From the NCBI GenBank assembly GCA_001643675.2, contig LSRY02000016.1:62001-126000 (forward strand): a stretch of 64,000 nucleotides of DNA, in the 5' to 3' direction. The notes below the pieces were generated by a model. That model was given only the letters and a program-made list of their open reading frames with translations, was not told where the DNA came from and searched no databases. Source of the DNA: Monocercomonoides exilis PA203. Taxonomy: Eukaryota; Protista; Preaxostyla. Both the position numbers and the translations under genes were made by a program. Shown here piece by piece: positions 47,701 through 60,106 of the stretch (position 1 is its first letter; each line of letters begins with the position of its first letter).

Positions 47701-50700
47701 AATTCATCAGCATCTGCTTCTTCTTCTACTTCTCCATCTCATCCTCAACAATCATCAACACCGTCATCATCATCTGGCACCTCCTCTGCACGCAGTACCC
47801 CTCGTGCCTCTTCTTCTTCTTCTTCTTCTTCCAATCAATCAGCCACCCTCCGCTTTCTTCCTTATTCCCCTCTCTCTCCTTCCCCCAACATCACCGCCAG
47901 CACTCCCCAGCCTGCTCCCCTGCCTCCACTTGCTCTCTCTGACATTCTTCCCTTTGCCTTCACTGACCTCCTCGCTGCCCTGGCAGACGTGGCTCTTCAC
48001 ACAGACATGCAGAGGGTGGCTACTGAATGCATCGCAGGCATCGAGCATCTCTGCCGCATTTTGGGCTCAGACGCTGCAGAGAGAGAGGAAGAGAAGGCGA
48101 GGCAGAAGAAGAAGCTGCAGGAGATGCTGATGAAAGACAGAGAGAGAGAGAGAGAGAATGTTCGTATTCAGACAAAAGACGATGATGAGGCATCACGTTC
48201 AGGCACCCCCACCTCCCACCGATCAACAGACTCCCCCCTGCCTCTGCCTCTCCCCTCTCCTTCTCCCACCCCCTCCTTCACTCCATCTCCATTCTCTTCC
48301 TCTTCTTCTCTCTCTTCCTTTGCGCCTCCTCCCTCTCCCTTCAGCAACATGAAGCCCTTCAGCCACACCCACTTCTTTGCCGTGTGGCTGCCCTGCATCC
48401 GCATTCTTGCTGCACTCACAATGGCAGACCCCCTCTCAGCCACAACTGTCTCCTCTCTCTCCTCTCCTCTCCCTTCTTCCCACCCTCCCTCTCGTCCGCC
48501 TCCTTCTCATCCACACTCCAATGCTGCTCAGCCTAATGCATCAACATCATCCAGTTCTCAATCATCCTCTTCCAATCAGCAGCAGCAGCAGCAGATGAAT
48601 CAAGAGAAAGGCACAGCCGCTCTCTCACAAGGCATCGACATCCGGATGCCTCTGCCAGACGTGGCGATTGCAGCGCAACATGCACTGGAGCGTCTGCTGC
48701 ATGACGATGGAGACAGGTTGGACGGGGCAGAGTGGGCAGTGCTGTGGAGGGAGGTGCTGATGCCGATCTCAGAGACAATCAGAGATGCCATTGTGGCGGA
48801 AGACGGGTGGTGGAAGGAGAAGAGGCAGATGGTGGAGATTGAAGAAGAAGAGGAAGAAGAGGAAGAAGAAGAAGAAGAGGAGGAGGAGGAAGAGGAAGAG
48901 GAAGCGAAAGAAGTGAGTGTGGATTTGAAAGAAGAAAAGGATAAAACAAAAGAAAATGTCAAAAAAGACAGTAAAGTTGCTGAAGATAAGAAGGAGAAAG
49001 AAACAAAAGCACCAGCTGTAGACATCTACAGTCAAGGATGTGGATCATCTACGTTTGTCAGCCATCTGTCTGAACTTGAAGATGAAGAAGCTGAAAACAA
49101 AGAAGGAGAAGAAGAAACAAAAGAAGAGAAAGAGAAAGAGAAAGAAGCCACAAATGAAGAGAATGCCAAGCCTGTCAGCAACACTGTGAGTAGCAGCATT
49201 TACGAATCAGGATGTGGGTCAAGCACATTTGTGAGCCATCTTTCAGAGCTTGAAGATGAAGTTGCTGAACAGAAAGAAGAGAAGGAAGGGGAAGGGAAAG
49301 AAGGAGAGAAAGAAGGAGAAGAGAAAGAAGAAGAAAAGAAGAGTGAAGAAGCAGACAACAAAAAGGAAGCAACGTCACAGCAACAGACAGAAGTGTATGA
49401 CAAATACAGCCAGGGCTGTGGATCATCAACATTTGTTAGCCAACTTTCTGAGCTGAGCGAAGAAGAAGAACAGCAACAGAAAGAGAAAGAGAAAGAGCAA
49501 AAAACAGAAGAAGATTCAGTTAAAACATCATTCGACTCTTCATCATCAGCCTCTTCTTCTTCAGCAGACAAATACAGTGCAGGATGTGGTTCATCAGAAT
49601 TTGTGAGTCAGCTGTCTGAAGTGGAAGAGAACAGCACAATTGAAACAAGTGTTGCTGCCAGTGAGAAACCAGCTGAAGAGAAACAGACACCAAAAAGCGA
49701 ACAGAACAAGACAGAAACAAAAGAAGAAGCCAAAAAAGATGAAAAAGACAAAAAAGAAGAAAAAACTGCAATTCCAACAAAACGTGTGAAGAAAGTGAAG
49801 AAAGAGAAAGCCAAAAAACCGAAGCAGAGGAAAGAGGCAGAAATAGAGACGCTGACCATTTGGGAGCAGAAGAGGCAGTGGGACAAGCTGAGAAGAGAGC
49901 GAATGTGGCAGTTTATGGAGAAGATGACAGCGGATGCAGACAGACACTTCTCAGGCAGATTCAAAGAAGGAGATGGAACATGTGCAGGCAATGAACAAGG
50001 ATGCTGTTTGTCTCAGGAAGAAGGAAAGAAGCAGAAGGAGCCATCGAGAATACGGTGGATGTGTGGAAGAAGACTGCTGGAGCCTGTCGATGCCTCTATC
50101 TCATACAGCGATGAACAGAAACACCATGCTTTCGCATCACCATCATCATCTTCTTCTTCATCTTCACAAAAGAGCAGTCAACACAATGACTCAAACAATT
50201 CTCATATTCCTTCCACAGTCTGTGAGTGCACTACAATCTGTGTAGAGATCCACCACAGACAGCAGCTGCGTCGCCAATGGAAAGTGGAGGCGACCCGCTG
50301 GCTGGAGAAGCTGATCAAGTTGTGTGCAAAGTTCGATCGGTCGATGAGCAGAGGAGGAGAATGGCGATGGATTGAGCTGGAGAGCACACAGCCTGTTGAG
50401 TCTGCTGCTGCTGCTGCAGGAGAAGGCAACGGCAATGGACAAGGCGTGTCTGTGAATGCAATGTCGAAGAGTGCGCAGGCAGAGAGTGTGCAGATGAAGG
50501 ACATGGAGGAGATGAGAAGAAGGAAGGAGATGCTGTTTGGGAGGGACGACGGGATTGTGCTGGTCTTCCCAGACAAAACAGGGTTTGTGGAGTGTGGGCA
50601 GATCCAGATGAATTCTGACAAGACATCTGATGAGGCAGCTGAGTCAGCTTCGTCTCAATCACTGAAGAAGCTGATGACTCCGCCATATTCGCATCTTCCT

Positions 50701-52981
50701 CCACCCACACGCTGGTCGCCCCATCGTCTGTCTTCGTCTGCCATTGCCTCCTCTTCTCTTCCATCTTCTCTTCCATCTTCTCTTGCTCAGCCAAATGCCC
50801 TGCTGAATGGAGCAGTCATCAGAGACGAGCGGCAGACAGAGAATTCAACATCGAATGCAGCTGAGTCTGTCACAATAGACGAGCACGGTGTTGTCTCCTC
50901 CTCTTCCTTCACTCCTTTCTTCTTCGACACTCTCTTTGAGCTCGCAGTGGATATAGCGCTGCACAACAACCCATTCACTGCCCTCACCCACTCCCCCTCT
51001 CCTCCTGTGCTGAACATGATAAAAGACTTCGACCGCTTCAAGATGCGCGACGCAGAGTCCCGCCGGCTGGCGACGCTGCCGTTCTCTCTCTTCTTCTCGC
51101 ACGAGCTGACCGCGCTGCTGAACGGGCAGATGTGGCTGAGGATTGTGCGTGTGTGTGAGTTCTTGCTGGCAGCATCGATGCCAAGTGAGATGTGCCCAGC
51201 AGGACAGAGGCACCTGACGAAGTGGATGGAGGAGGAGGCAATGCTGAGGAGAGAGGAGAGAGAGGAGATGAGAATGAAGATAAAAGAGAGGAAGAAGAAG
51301 ATAAGACTGATGAAGCGGAGAGCAGATAAAGAGCAAGGGAAGCATTTGGGTGAAGAAGGAGTGGAGAATGCTTCAAAGGCAGAAATTGAGAGAGAAGAGG
51401 CAGAGCTGGCAAAGGACATGGAGGCATTGCAAATGCTGATAACCAACCACCACAAGCCTCTGTGGCTGTCTCTTGTTGATCCGTCTGCACCCACCAACAT
51501 CTTTGCGTTGAGTCTTGCGCTGTGCATAGCACCTACTGAGGAGATGCTGATGATGCCCTCACGCCCTGGCCAGCGCCCTCTCCCGATGACACTCCTCTTC
51601 CACTCCATCAGCCTGCGCGTACACTTCTTCGCAGAAGTCGCACGAGGAGTGGATCGCCTGCTGCATCCGCCTCCTTCTCCGCTCCGCCTGCTGTCTGCTG
51701 AATGCGCCACGATGCTTCTTCATTCTCTTTCCTCTGTTGTCTCGTTCGTGTTCTCCATCAGCTTCGACCTCCCACTCAGGTCTTTCCTGATGAACACAGT
51801 CTTCTCTCAGATACCTCATCTGTTTCTCTTCTTAAACGATGCAGGCATTATGCTGTGGAGCAGGCTGTCTACAATTGTCGATGAGGCACTCGGAATTGAG
51901 CAGTTCAATGTGCAAGAAAAGAAGAAGAATAAGAAGAAGAACAAGAAGAATAAGAGCAAGAAAAATAAAGCTCAGAAGGAAGAACAAGAACCATCATCTT
52001 CTTCTTCCACAGCATCACCCACAACCCAACCAAACCCCAATATTTCTCTTCCTGTCTCCTCCTCTTCCTCTGCCTCTGCCTCACCAGAATGCACCTTGTC
52101 ATTCGCAGATGGCGTCGCAGCTGAGCGGCGTCTGCTGCACAGCCTGCTGTTTGTGCTGAGTGCAACAGGCACTCTTGTCTCTGTCTGTGGACGCATCGAA
52201 GGCTGCAGCGAGGAGAGGCTGCTGGCAGCAGAAGGGAGCAAGATGGGGATGGTGGAAGAGAAGGGAAGAGGAGAAGAGAAGGAGAAGAAGACGGATGAGG
52301 ACAAGAAGAAGGAGTCAGAGGCGATTGTTGGACATTCTCTGGTGCTGGTGAACACGCTGGCTGTGCCTGCGCCTCCGAAGCGGCGAGCAAAAGGAGAAAG
52401 AAGAGCGAAGAATTCTCACAATGCGAAGACTCCATTGACGGCAGGAGATTTGTTTGAGAGTGAAGGAGCAAGCGTGCCAGGGGTGTTGGAGTTCCAAGGG
52501 GAGAGGATGCTGAGGATGTTGAGTGCATACACCTTCTGCTCTGCTTGTGCTGATGACTCTGATGAATCTAATAGAACAAATGAATCAAATGGAACAGATA
52601 AATCTGAAGGGAATGGCTATGCCAGTGGAACTGTCTGTGCAGATGCCACACCTTCAGATGCTGTGTGTGGGGTGATGATGGCTCTTCCATCGCTCTTTGC
52701 ACGACGCAAGAGCAATTCTAATGAATGTGCAGACAATGAGGAAATCTCATCATCATCATCATCTTCTTCTTCTTCCTCTTCAAAGAAGCATTCAATTAAG
52801 CTCTCTTCATTTGTCACTGTTCCTTCTCTCCCTCAAACAATCACTTTTGACACTCTTTCTGCTTTGGAGGTTGACGTAGGAGCAGTTGCATCGATCAATG
52901 AAATGCACCTTTTGGAGCCATTTGTCATCACTGCCTTCAACTTCTTGTCTCATTTGAGAAGAGATGTGGTATGTTATCTTA

Positions 52982-53023
<42 letters not shown>

Positions 53024-53318
53024 TCATTAATGATTTCCAATCTATTTCTCTATTTTCTAATTTATTCTCTTTTATTCTCTCTCTCTCTCTCTCTCCTCCC
53101 AGCTGCGTGTGAATGCTCCTCTTCTTCTCCCTCTCCTCCTTGTCCACAGCACAGCCCCTCTCCAAAAGTGGAGGTCGACTGCCCTTCTCGTCCTCCGCCG
53201 CTTGCTCCCCTTGTGCATCTCTACCCGTCTGCCCAGACTCCCTTCACTTCTGTCCGCTGGTGGTGATTCGCTGGAATACGAATATCAAAGCGACGATGAA
53301 AGCGATGATGATGAATAA
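40974..53318 (+). CDS. Large Sec7-domain ARF guanine-nucleotide exchange factor (BIG/Sec7-like), ~3900 aa, multi-exon
   Basis: FNMKPKKGI, LGDYMG and AMRKFLTTFHLPGESQQIYRVLEVFA (catalytic Glu); DCB-like first exon; HDS-like LKSGW and WLP; introns 45519-45619 and 52969-53102 join the long ORFs; several small 5' exons. Confidence 0.85.
49021..49630 (+). repeat. Four copies of the peptide motif YxxGCGSS(T/E)FVS(H/Q)LSE in an acidic insert of the ARF-GEF
   Basis: Copies near 49021, 49198, 49399 and 49568. Confidence 0.85.
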
Positions 53319-53600
53319 GCAGTTTCGAAAGATGCATTCACAATATGTTGACTATTTTTTGAGAGTTAATATTTCTTACAAAAATTCTTTTTATTTTTAT
53401 AAATTGAATTCTTAAACTCTTTTCCCTTTCACCGAGATTTGAGGTCATCTAAAATTATTATTCACTTCATTTTAATTATGATAATCCTTCAAACATTATT
53501 ATTTATAAAAAAACACTTTTTTGGAAATATTCAATGAGTTTTAATAAGGGGATGATCATCAATCTGGGGAATTTTGGAAACAATTCTTTGAGACAAATCA

Positions 53601-54085
53601 ATGCAGAACGAAAAAGTTTGCAATTTTTTCACATTAATAAAGAATAAAACGCTTATAACAATTTTTGTGATTCATGCGATAGGGAGAAAACATCGAACTT
53701 TACATTCCGCGCAAATGGTATGATATTTTTTTCCTTTTTAGTCTCATTTTGATAAATCAAATCCAATAGCTCTGCAACAAACCGCATTATTGCTGCTGAT
53801 GATCATGCTTCCGTTCAAATCACTATTCCAAAAGTGTGAATTCATTTTCTTAAAGACTTTTCACACATATCTTTTCCTTCGTATAAACCTCATAATCACT
53901 ATTGCTTTTCTTTTAAAATACAATCTTTTTAACAGTTGGATAAGAATGGAGTTATGACTAAAAAGTCAAAGACTTATGCTCTTTGCGGAATGGTTCGTGC
54001 ACGTTGTGAGGCTGATGCAACTTTAATTCGTCTCTGCACAAAAGATAAAATTGTTAAAGGACTTATTAAATCAACTTCAGCATAA
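53601..54085 (+). CDS. RPS21: 40S ribosomal protein S21 (eS21); exons 53601-53615, 53683-53717, 53770-53833, 53936-54085
   Basis: [34 protein letters not shown]...YALCGMVRARCEAD. Confidence 0.95.
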
Positions 54086-54353
54086 AAATGCAATCATTTT
54101 GTTGAACATATCTTAACACACAAAAATTCGCTTTAATCTTGTGAATTTTTTCATCTCACCAAAATTTCTTCAAATTTTTTGAAAAATTAACATACTGCCT
54201 CACAAAGTGCAAAAAAATCAAAAGTTAAATAATTTTTCTGAAAGATATTATAATTGTCAAGATATTGAAGAATTAAATATTTCAAATTTAAATAATGGTT
54301 CAACAAAAATTCCACGATTGGCTAGTTTGATCTTGTCGAACTTTTGTTTCGCG

Positions 54354-55178
54354 ATGGACAAGGGGAAAAAGAAAGTACAAGCATCAAAAGCTCCTGCAAA
54401 GAAAGTCGAGTCAACAAAGAAGGTTGCAACAAAGCCAGCAGCAAAGAAAGTTGAAGCACCAAAGAAGGCACAGGAAAGCAAACCAAAAACTGAGCAAAAG
54501 CCAAAGGCCGTTGCAGCTGCAAAACCAGCACCAAAAGCAGAGAAAAAAGTTGCTGCGCCAGCGAAACAGCCAGAGAAGAAAGATGCAAAGAAAGCAACAA
54601 AGAAGGTTCAAGATAAGAAAGGAAAGAAAGAAGAAAAAGTCGTAAAGAAAGTTAAAAAGGTTATCAGAAGAAAGAATGGCAGACCTTTGAACAAGAACGA
54701 CTTTCATGCAAAGAGATTGAAGATGCTGAGACGGAGGAGATATGTTAGATTTGTGATTGATTGCCATCAACAAGCAAAAGATCACATTTTGAAAGCAAGA
54801 GAGCTGGTTTGTTGTTTTAAATTGTATTATATTAATTTATTAAATGATTTTCTTCTTTTTTCCCCTTCATTTCATGAAAATCATTTCAAAATATTTTTTG
54901 CTTATTAGGAAAAATATCTTAAAGAACACATCAAAGTTCACGGAAAAACTCACAACTTTGGAAAGAAAGTCAGAACTCTCGTGAAGAGAAACAGAGTTTA
55001 TGTTCTTTCACGTCCACCATTCACCAAAAGATATTTGAAATATCTTACACGTCGCTTCCTCAAGAAGCAAACTCTTCGTGATTGGGTTCGTATCATTGCA
55101 AATGGAAGAAAAGGATATAAGATGAGCTACTACAAGATTGAGTCACCAGAAGACGAGGAAGAAGAAGTTGAAGCATAA
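54354..55178 (+). CDS. RPL22: 60S ribosomal protein L22 (eL22) with Lys/Ala/Pro-rich N-terminal extension; intron 54807-54908
   Basis: FVIDC, EKYLKEHIKVHGKTHNFG, FTKRYLKYLTRRFLKKQTLRDWVRIIA and an acidic tail. Confidence 0.93.
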
Positions 55179-55397
55179 ATGTTATGATTTTTCATTCTTT
55201 TTCACTTCCTCTTTGTCCGTCAAACATGTCAATTTCCATCAATCAGAAGTTGAAAGTGATCTTTTTTTAATTTTAAAATGATAATATTAATTAGTTTTTG
55301 TGCTTCATCTATTTAAAAATGAAACGCTGATCTGCAATTCAAAACCACAAAGACTTTACTCTTGATCTCCAATAAAAAAAATTATTTTCTTTATTGA

Positions 55398-56093
55398 ATG
55401 AAGTCTCGTGTTTTGTTTGTTGGAAACATCAATTTTTCTACAACATCAGAACAACTAAGAGAGTACTTTTCTGAAGCTGGAAATGTGTCTGTTATTTTTA
55501 TTACTTAATATTTGTCAATTTCTTGGTTTTTAAAATTTTTAAACAGAGACGAAATTTATATTCCTCAAAAATATGGAAAAAATGCTGGTTATAGTTTTAT
55601 AATAATGAGAACTCCTGAAGAAGCCGAGCGGGCAGTTGAGATGTTTGATAGAAAGGAATTAGATGGAAGAATGATTGGAGTTGAAATCTCACAAAAAAAT
55701 CCATCAGAATTTTCCAAATATTCTACACCAAAGCCAAAAACCCAAGAAATTAAAATGAACCAAAGGAGAACATTTCGAAGTTTTCGAGGAAGTGGAACTG
55801 CAACTCCAAGTTCATTTTCATCATTTCAACCAAGATCAAAGCAAATCATGATAAGAAATTTTCCGGTTACCGCATCGATGTTGGATCTCCAACTATGCTT
55901 TAAGGGATTTTCAATACGAAAGGCTCTTATTCTTGGTCAATCATATCCTGAAGGAGATATAACGAGCTGTTTTGTGGAATTCTCCTCTGAAAACGAAGTG
56001 GAACAAATACTTGGGGGACACAAAACTTTTAAAATTGATCCTTTTGTTTTAGATATAATCATATCACCAAGAAAAATAAATGAAATTCTATAA
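55398..56093 (+). CDS. Two-RRM RNA-binding protein; intron 55487-55546
   Basis: RNP2 LFVGNI, RNP1 AGYSFIIM, AVEMFDRKELDGRMIGVE; degenerate second RRM (IMIRNFP, CFVEF). Confidence 0.85.
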
Positions 56094-56179
56094 TAAAGCT
56101 GATTTTTCTTGTGTTATTTGATCTTTCACCTTAATTCACTCCCACTCAAACCGTTTGGATATATTTCGGTGATTTTGTG

Positions 56180-59100
56180 ATGATGCAAGCTCAATCACCT
56201 CAAATGGCCCAAGCAATTCAATCGCAAATGCAACAACAAGCGATGATGCAAATGGTTTACTTCCTTTTTTGATGATTGGTTTTTTACAAGTACTATAATA
56301 TATTGGTTGGTTTAAATGTTTTAATTCACCTATCGATGAATAATCACAAATTACCTTTGATGGAAAAGGGAGTTGGAAGTCAATTATCGTTACAGCAACA
56401 GCAGCAGTTGCAGCAGCAGCAACAGTTACTTGCTCAACAACGACTTGCGCAAATGCAAGCTCAAGGAGCTTCTCAAGCTGGGTTGGCAACATTTCAATCA
56501 CCTAGATGTATGAACGATTTATTCGTTGCTCTTTCTTTTTGTGTATTGATATGTGTATTTGTTTATTATTATATTTTTTATAGCTCAATCACCTCAAAAT
56601 CAATACACTCCTCAACAGCTTCAAATGGAGCTTCAAAATACGAAGCAAGCAATTCAACAAACCGAATCTGCTATTAAGCAAAATGAAGAACAGCAACAAC
56701 AAATTCAGACTCAAAATGAGACTCTTTCAAATCAATTTCAAGAGCAACAGGCTGCTATGCAACAGCAATTGCAACAGCAATTAGCTCAAGCACAAGCTCA
56801 AATCCAGCAATCAAACATTCCTCCACCGCAGCAACAGCTACAGCTTCAACAAATCCAGCAACAACTTACGCTGGCTGGACAACAACAACTTCAACAGTTG
56901 ACTCAAACTGCTCAAGCCCAGCAACAACAACTTCAAATGAACCTTCAGCAAACAGTACAGCAAAAAGAAATGCTTGATCAGCAGTTGGAGCAGCTGAACC
57001 AGCGAGAAGCGCAGATAGAGATGATGCTGGGCATTCCGCACCAGACCGAAAATGAAGCCGACAAAGAAGAGCAGAAGAATGCACCGCCTGCTGACAAGTT
57101 TGATGACGACAAGGAAGCACAAGGGTTTGTTGCAACAGAGTCATTGTCAATGTTCAGAGACCAGTCATCTGTGTTTCCTCCGGCCGAAAGCGAGAAGAAA
57201 GACGAAAAAGACGAAAAAGAAGGCGAAAAGGCGGGCGAGGACGGAGCTGCCGGAGCGCAAGATAAAGAAAGCTCGAAGCAAGTTTTGATTGACGAAGACT
57301 CAAGAGAGCAAAAAGCAGCCAAAGGCGAAAAGAGTTCAGAAGCCGAAGAAGATGCCTTTCTGTCGCAGAGTCACTCATCCATTTCACCTGAGCGACACAC
57401 AAAACAGACAAAGACTCAAAGCCCGCGTATTTCGGGGCATCTGCGTAGCACTCTATCAAAAGAGAAAGACAGCAAGAAAGCGAAGGGAGGAGAGAAAGCA
57501 GAGTCTGCTGGAGAGAATGCGGCTGCAAAGAAGAAGAAGAAGAAGAAGGCAAAGACAGTTACATTTGCTGGGGATGAAGATCAATTCGAGCAAGGGAAGA
57601 TACCAGAAGAAGGCAACTTTGACGATTGGATCGTTTCTCAGCCGAAAGAATCGAACGACAAAGCCAAAACAGCAATCAAGCCGAAGTCAAAAGCCAGCAA
57701 AGACGACAAAAAAAGCGAGAAGTCCAAACAGAAAACAGGTGCCAGCCAAGACGGGGCTGTCTCTCCGAAGAAGAAAGAGACCAAATCTCCTTCGAGAGCA
57801 GGCGGTGCATACAGCTCTTGTGCTGCTTATGCTTCGGGTGGGAAGCCGCCTCGCAGTGTGTCGCCCACATCCATTTCAAACAAACACCAGGGCAGTGCAT
57901 ATCCATCTTCGAATTACGCTTCCTCTTCCTCTTCCTCCTCATTCAATTCTTCCAACACACACACACTCCCTCCTCTTGCCCACTCATCTGAACCATCCCT
58001 CAAGGAAAAGAAAGAGAAGAAGTTGTACTCGGCATACGGATCTCTGCCTCCGCCTGTCTCGCAATCACTGTCTGTGCCCAATGGAGCAGGGCAACGAAGA
58101 CGTTCTCCATCGCCAAGTGGGAAAAAAGCGACTTATAACAAAAAAGGTGAATATATTTTGTTTATATTTAATAAAAATATTTATTAATTATCAATTTTTT
58201 TAAAAATTAAATTCAATATTTTTTTTTCCTTTCAAATTTTGCACTAAATGAACAGTTATAACAGCCACTCGTCGTAGCATCTCTCCTTCTTTTAGCTCTC
58301 CAACGAAATCGAAGTCCAACAGACGCGGGGCAGCGATGCGTTCATCTCTTATTACTCCTCCGCCGACTTCCTCTTTCTTCTACTCGAATGCGACTCCGCC
58401 ACACACAGCAGGCAGCCTCACGAACGGCGATGGCGACAGCGACGATGCGAAAGGGAGGAGCAGAAGGCGGAGTGTGGCTGAGCGGGAGGGCGATTCGTCG
58501 CGGCTGGAGTGCCCGTCGCCGAAGAGAGGGGCAGAGAGTGCGATGGGCAGGACGAGCAGGGTGGGAGATAGAGGAGGGATGACGCTGCGGACAACAGGGA
58601 CAGAAGCAGGTGTCATCCGCAACCACGCGATGATGGAGGCGAAGTCAGCAGAGGAGGAGATGAGGCAGCTGCAGCGGAGGATTGAGAAGATGATGAGGGA
58701 GGAGGAGAAAAGGAAGGCGTCGGCAGAGGCACACAGGAAGAAGCTGGCAGAGCTGGAGAGGATCCGAAAGGAGAAGGAGGAGCAGGAAGAGGCGCAGCAA
58801 GTGAAGGAGGAGAAAGGTGCAGCGCAAAAGGAAGAGGAGATGAGGAGGCGGATGGAGGAAAGAGAGCAGCAGCGGAAGCGGATTGAGGAAGAGAAAGAGC
58901 GGATCATCCAGATGAAGCACTCGGAGTACGTGGCAGGGAAGGAGGAGGCGTCGCAGATGGCAGTGCAGATGAGCAAAGCGCAGCAGCAGCAGATGAAAGA
59001 GAAGCTGAAGCGGAAGGAGGAGATCGCAAGATCGAAGGAGTATGCGCAGATGAGAGCAGCGCAGCAGAGGGAAGAGAACGCAGAGAGGGTGCGGATGGAG

Positions 59101-59604
59101 ATGGAGGCAGAGGCGGAGAAGTTTGCGAAGGACGAGCGGAAGTACAGGGCAGAGGCGGAGAAGCTGAGGGAGATGGAGAAGGAGCTGAGGGAAAGGCTGC
59201 AGAAGGCGGTGGAGGAGGACGAGGAAGTGAAGAGAGAGATCGACTCTGTGAAGAGAGGAGACAGGAAAACAGCGAAGAAGAAGGAGGTGAAGCCGCAAAA
59301 GACATCTGCGAACTCGCCGAAGGACGGAAGCAGCCGAGGCGAAGGAAAAGGGAAGGGTGGAAGGAGTTCATCGAAGGAAGAGAAGGAAGACAGAGAGAAA
59401 GAGGCAGAGCTGAGGGAAGATTCCAATGAACGATTGGGCGACACAACAGGAACAGATGGCCTGTCAAACGAAGACAGCAAAGAAGAGGAAGTGAGAGTTG
59501 ACAGAGGAAGCGATGAATTTGGAGGCATGGAAGATCAAAATGAGTCAAGCGACATGAGAAACGATGAACTGATGGAAGATGGAGGAGAAAGGATTAACAG
59601 GTGA
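56180..59604 (+). CDS. Multi-exon protein: Gln-rich N-terminus, disordered middle, long charged coiled coil
   Basis: Exons ~56180-56254, ~56369-56507, 56584-58147 and 58255-59604 bounded by GT/AG. Confidence 0.7.
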
Positions 59605-60106
59605 ATAAAGGGGAATAAAGGAGCAAGGGGATGAAAATCATTTCATTTTTCATGAAAAAGACATAATTTCGCAACATCTCTTTCTTCTATAAAACCATTT
59701 GAATGTTCGTCAATTTATAATTCTGTTTGATTTTAAATGCTTCCTCTATATTTTGGTGGTGAAGTCATATTATTACTTTTTATTGTGATATTTTTAATTC
59801 CTTATTTTGTTCTTTTTTATGTTCTCTTCAGAACATTGTATGTAACTTTGTTAGTCTTTTTCCAAGTTAAAAAAAAAATACCTTTTAATTCGAAAGGGAA
59901 TTTATATTTTATAAAAAAGTTTGTCGATTTTTTGTTTATATATACATTAACGTATTTTTCCTCATGAAATATTGAAATGGTTAAATATTAATAAAGTTGA
60001 TTTCGCTTCATTATTATTTGGTATTATTCGGATATGGAAAAATAAATATTTATTTCAACATTTTTCGTAAGATAAGTGAAAAAAATTAGAAGTATTTGAT
60101 CACACA

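Noticed and set aside
41577-53040. Numerous overlapping and antisense ORFs in GC-rich genes (also 75-2084 and 58342-59548)
   Set aside because: Shadow ORFs of low-complexity Ser/Glu codon tracts.
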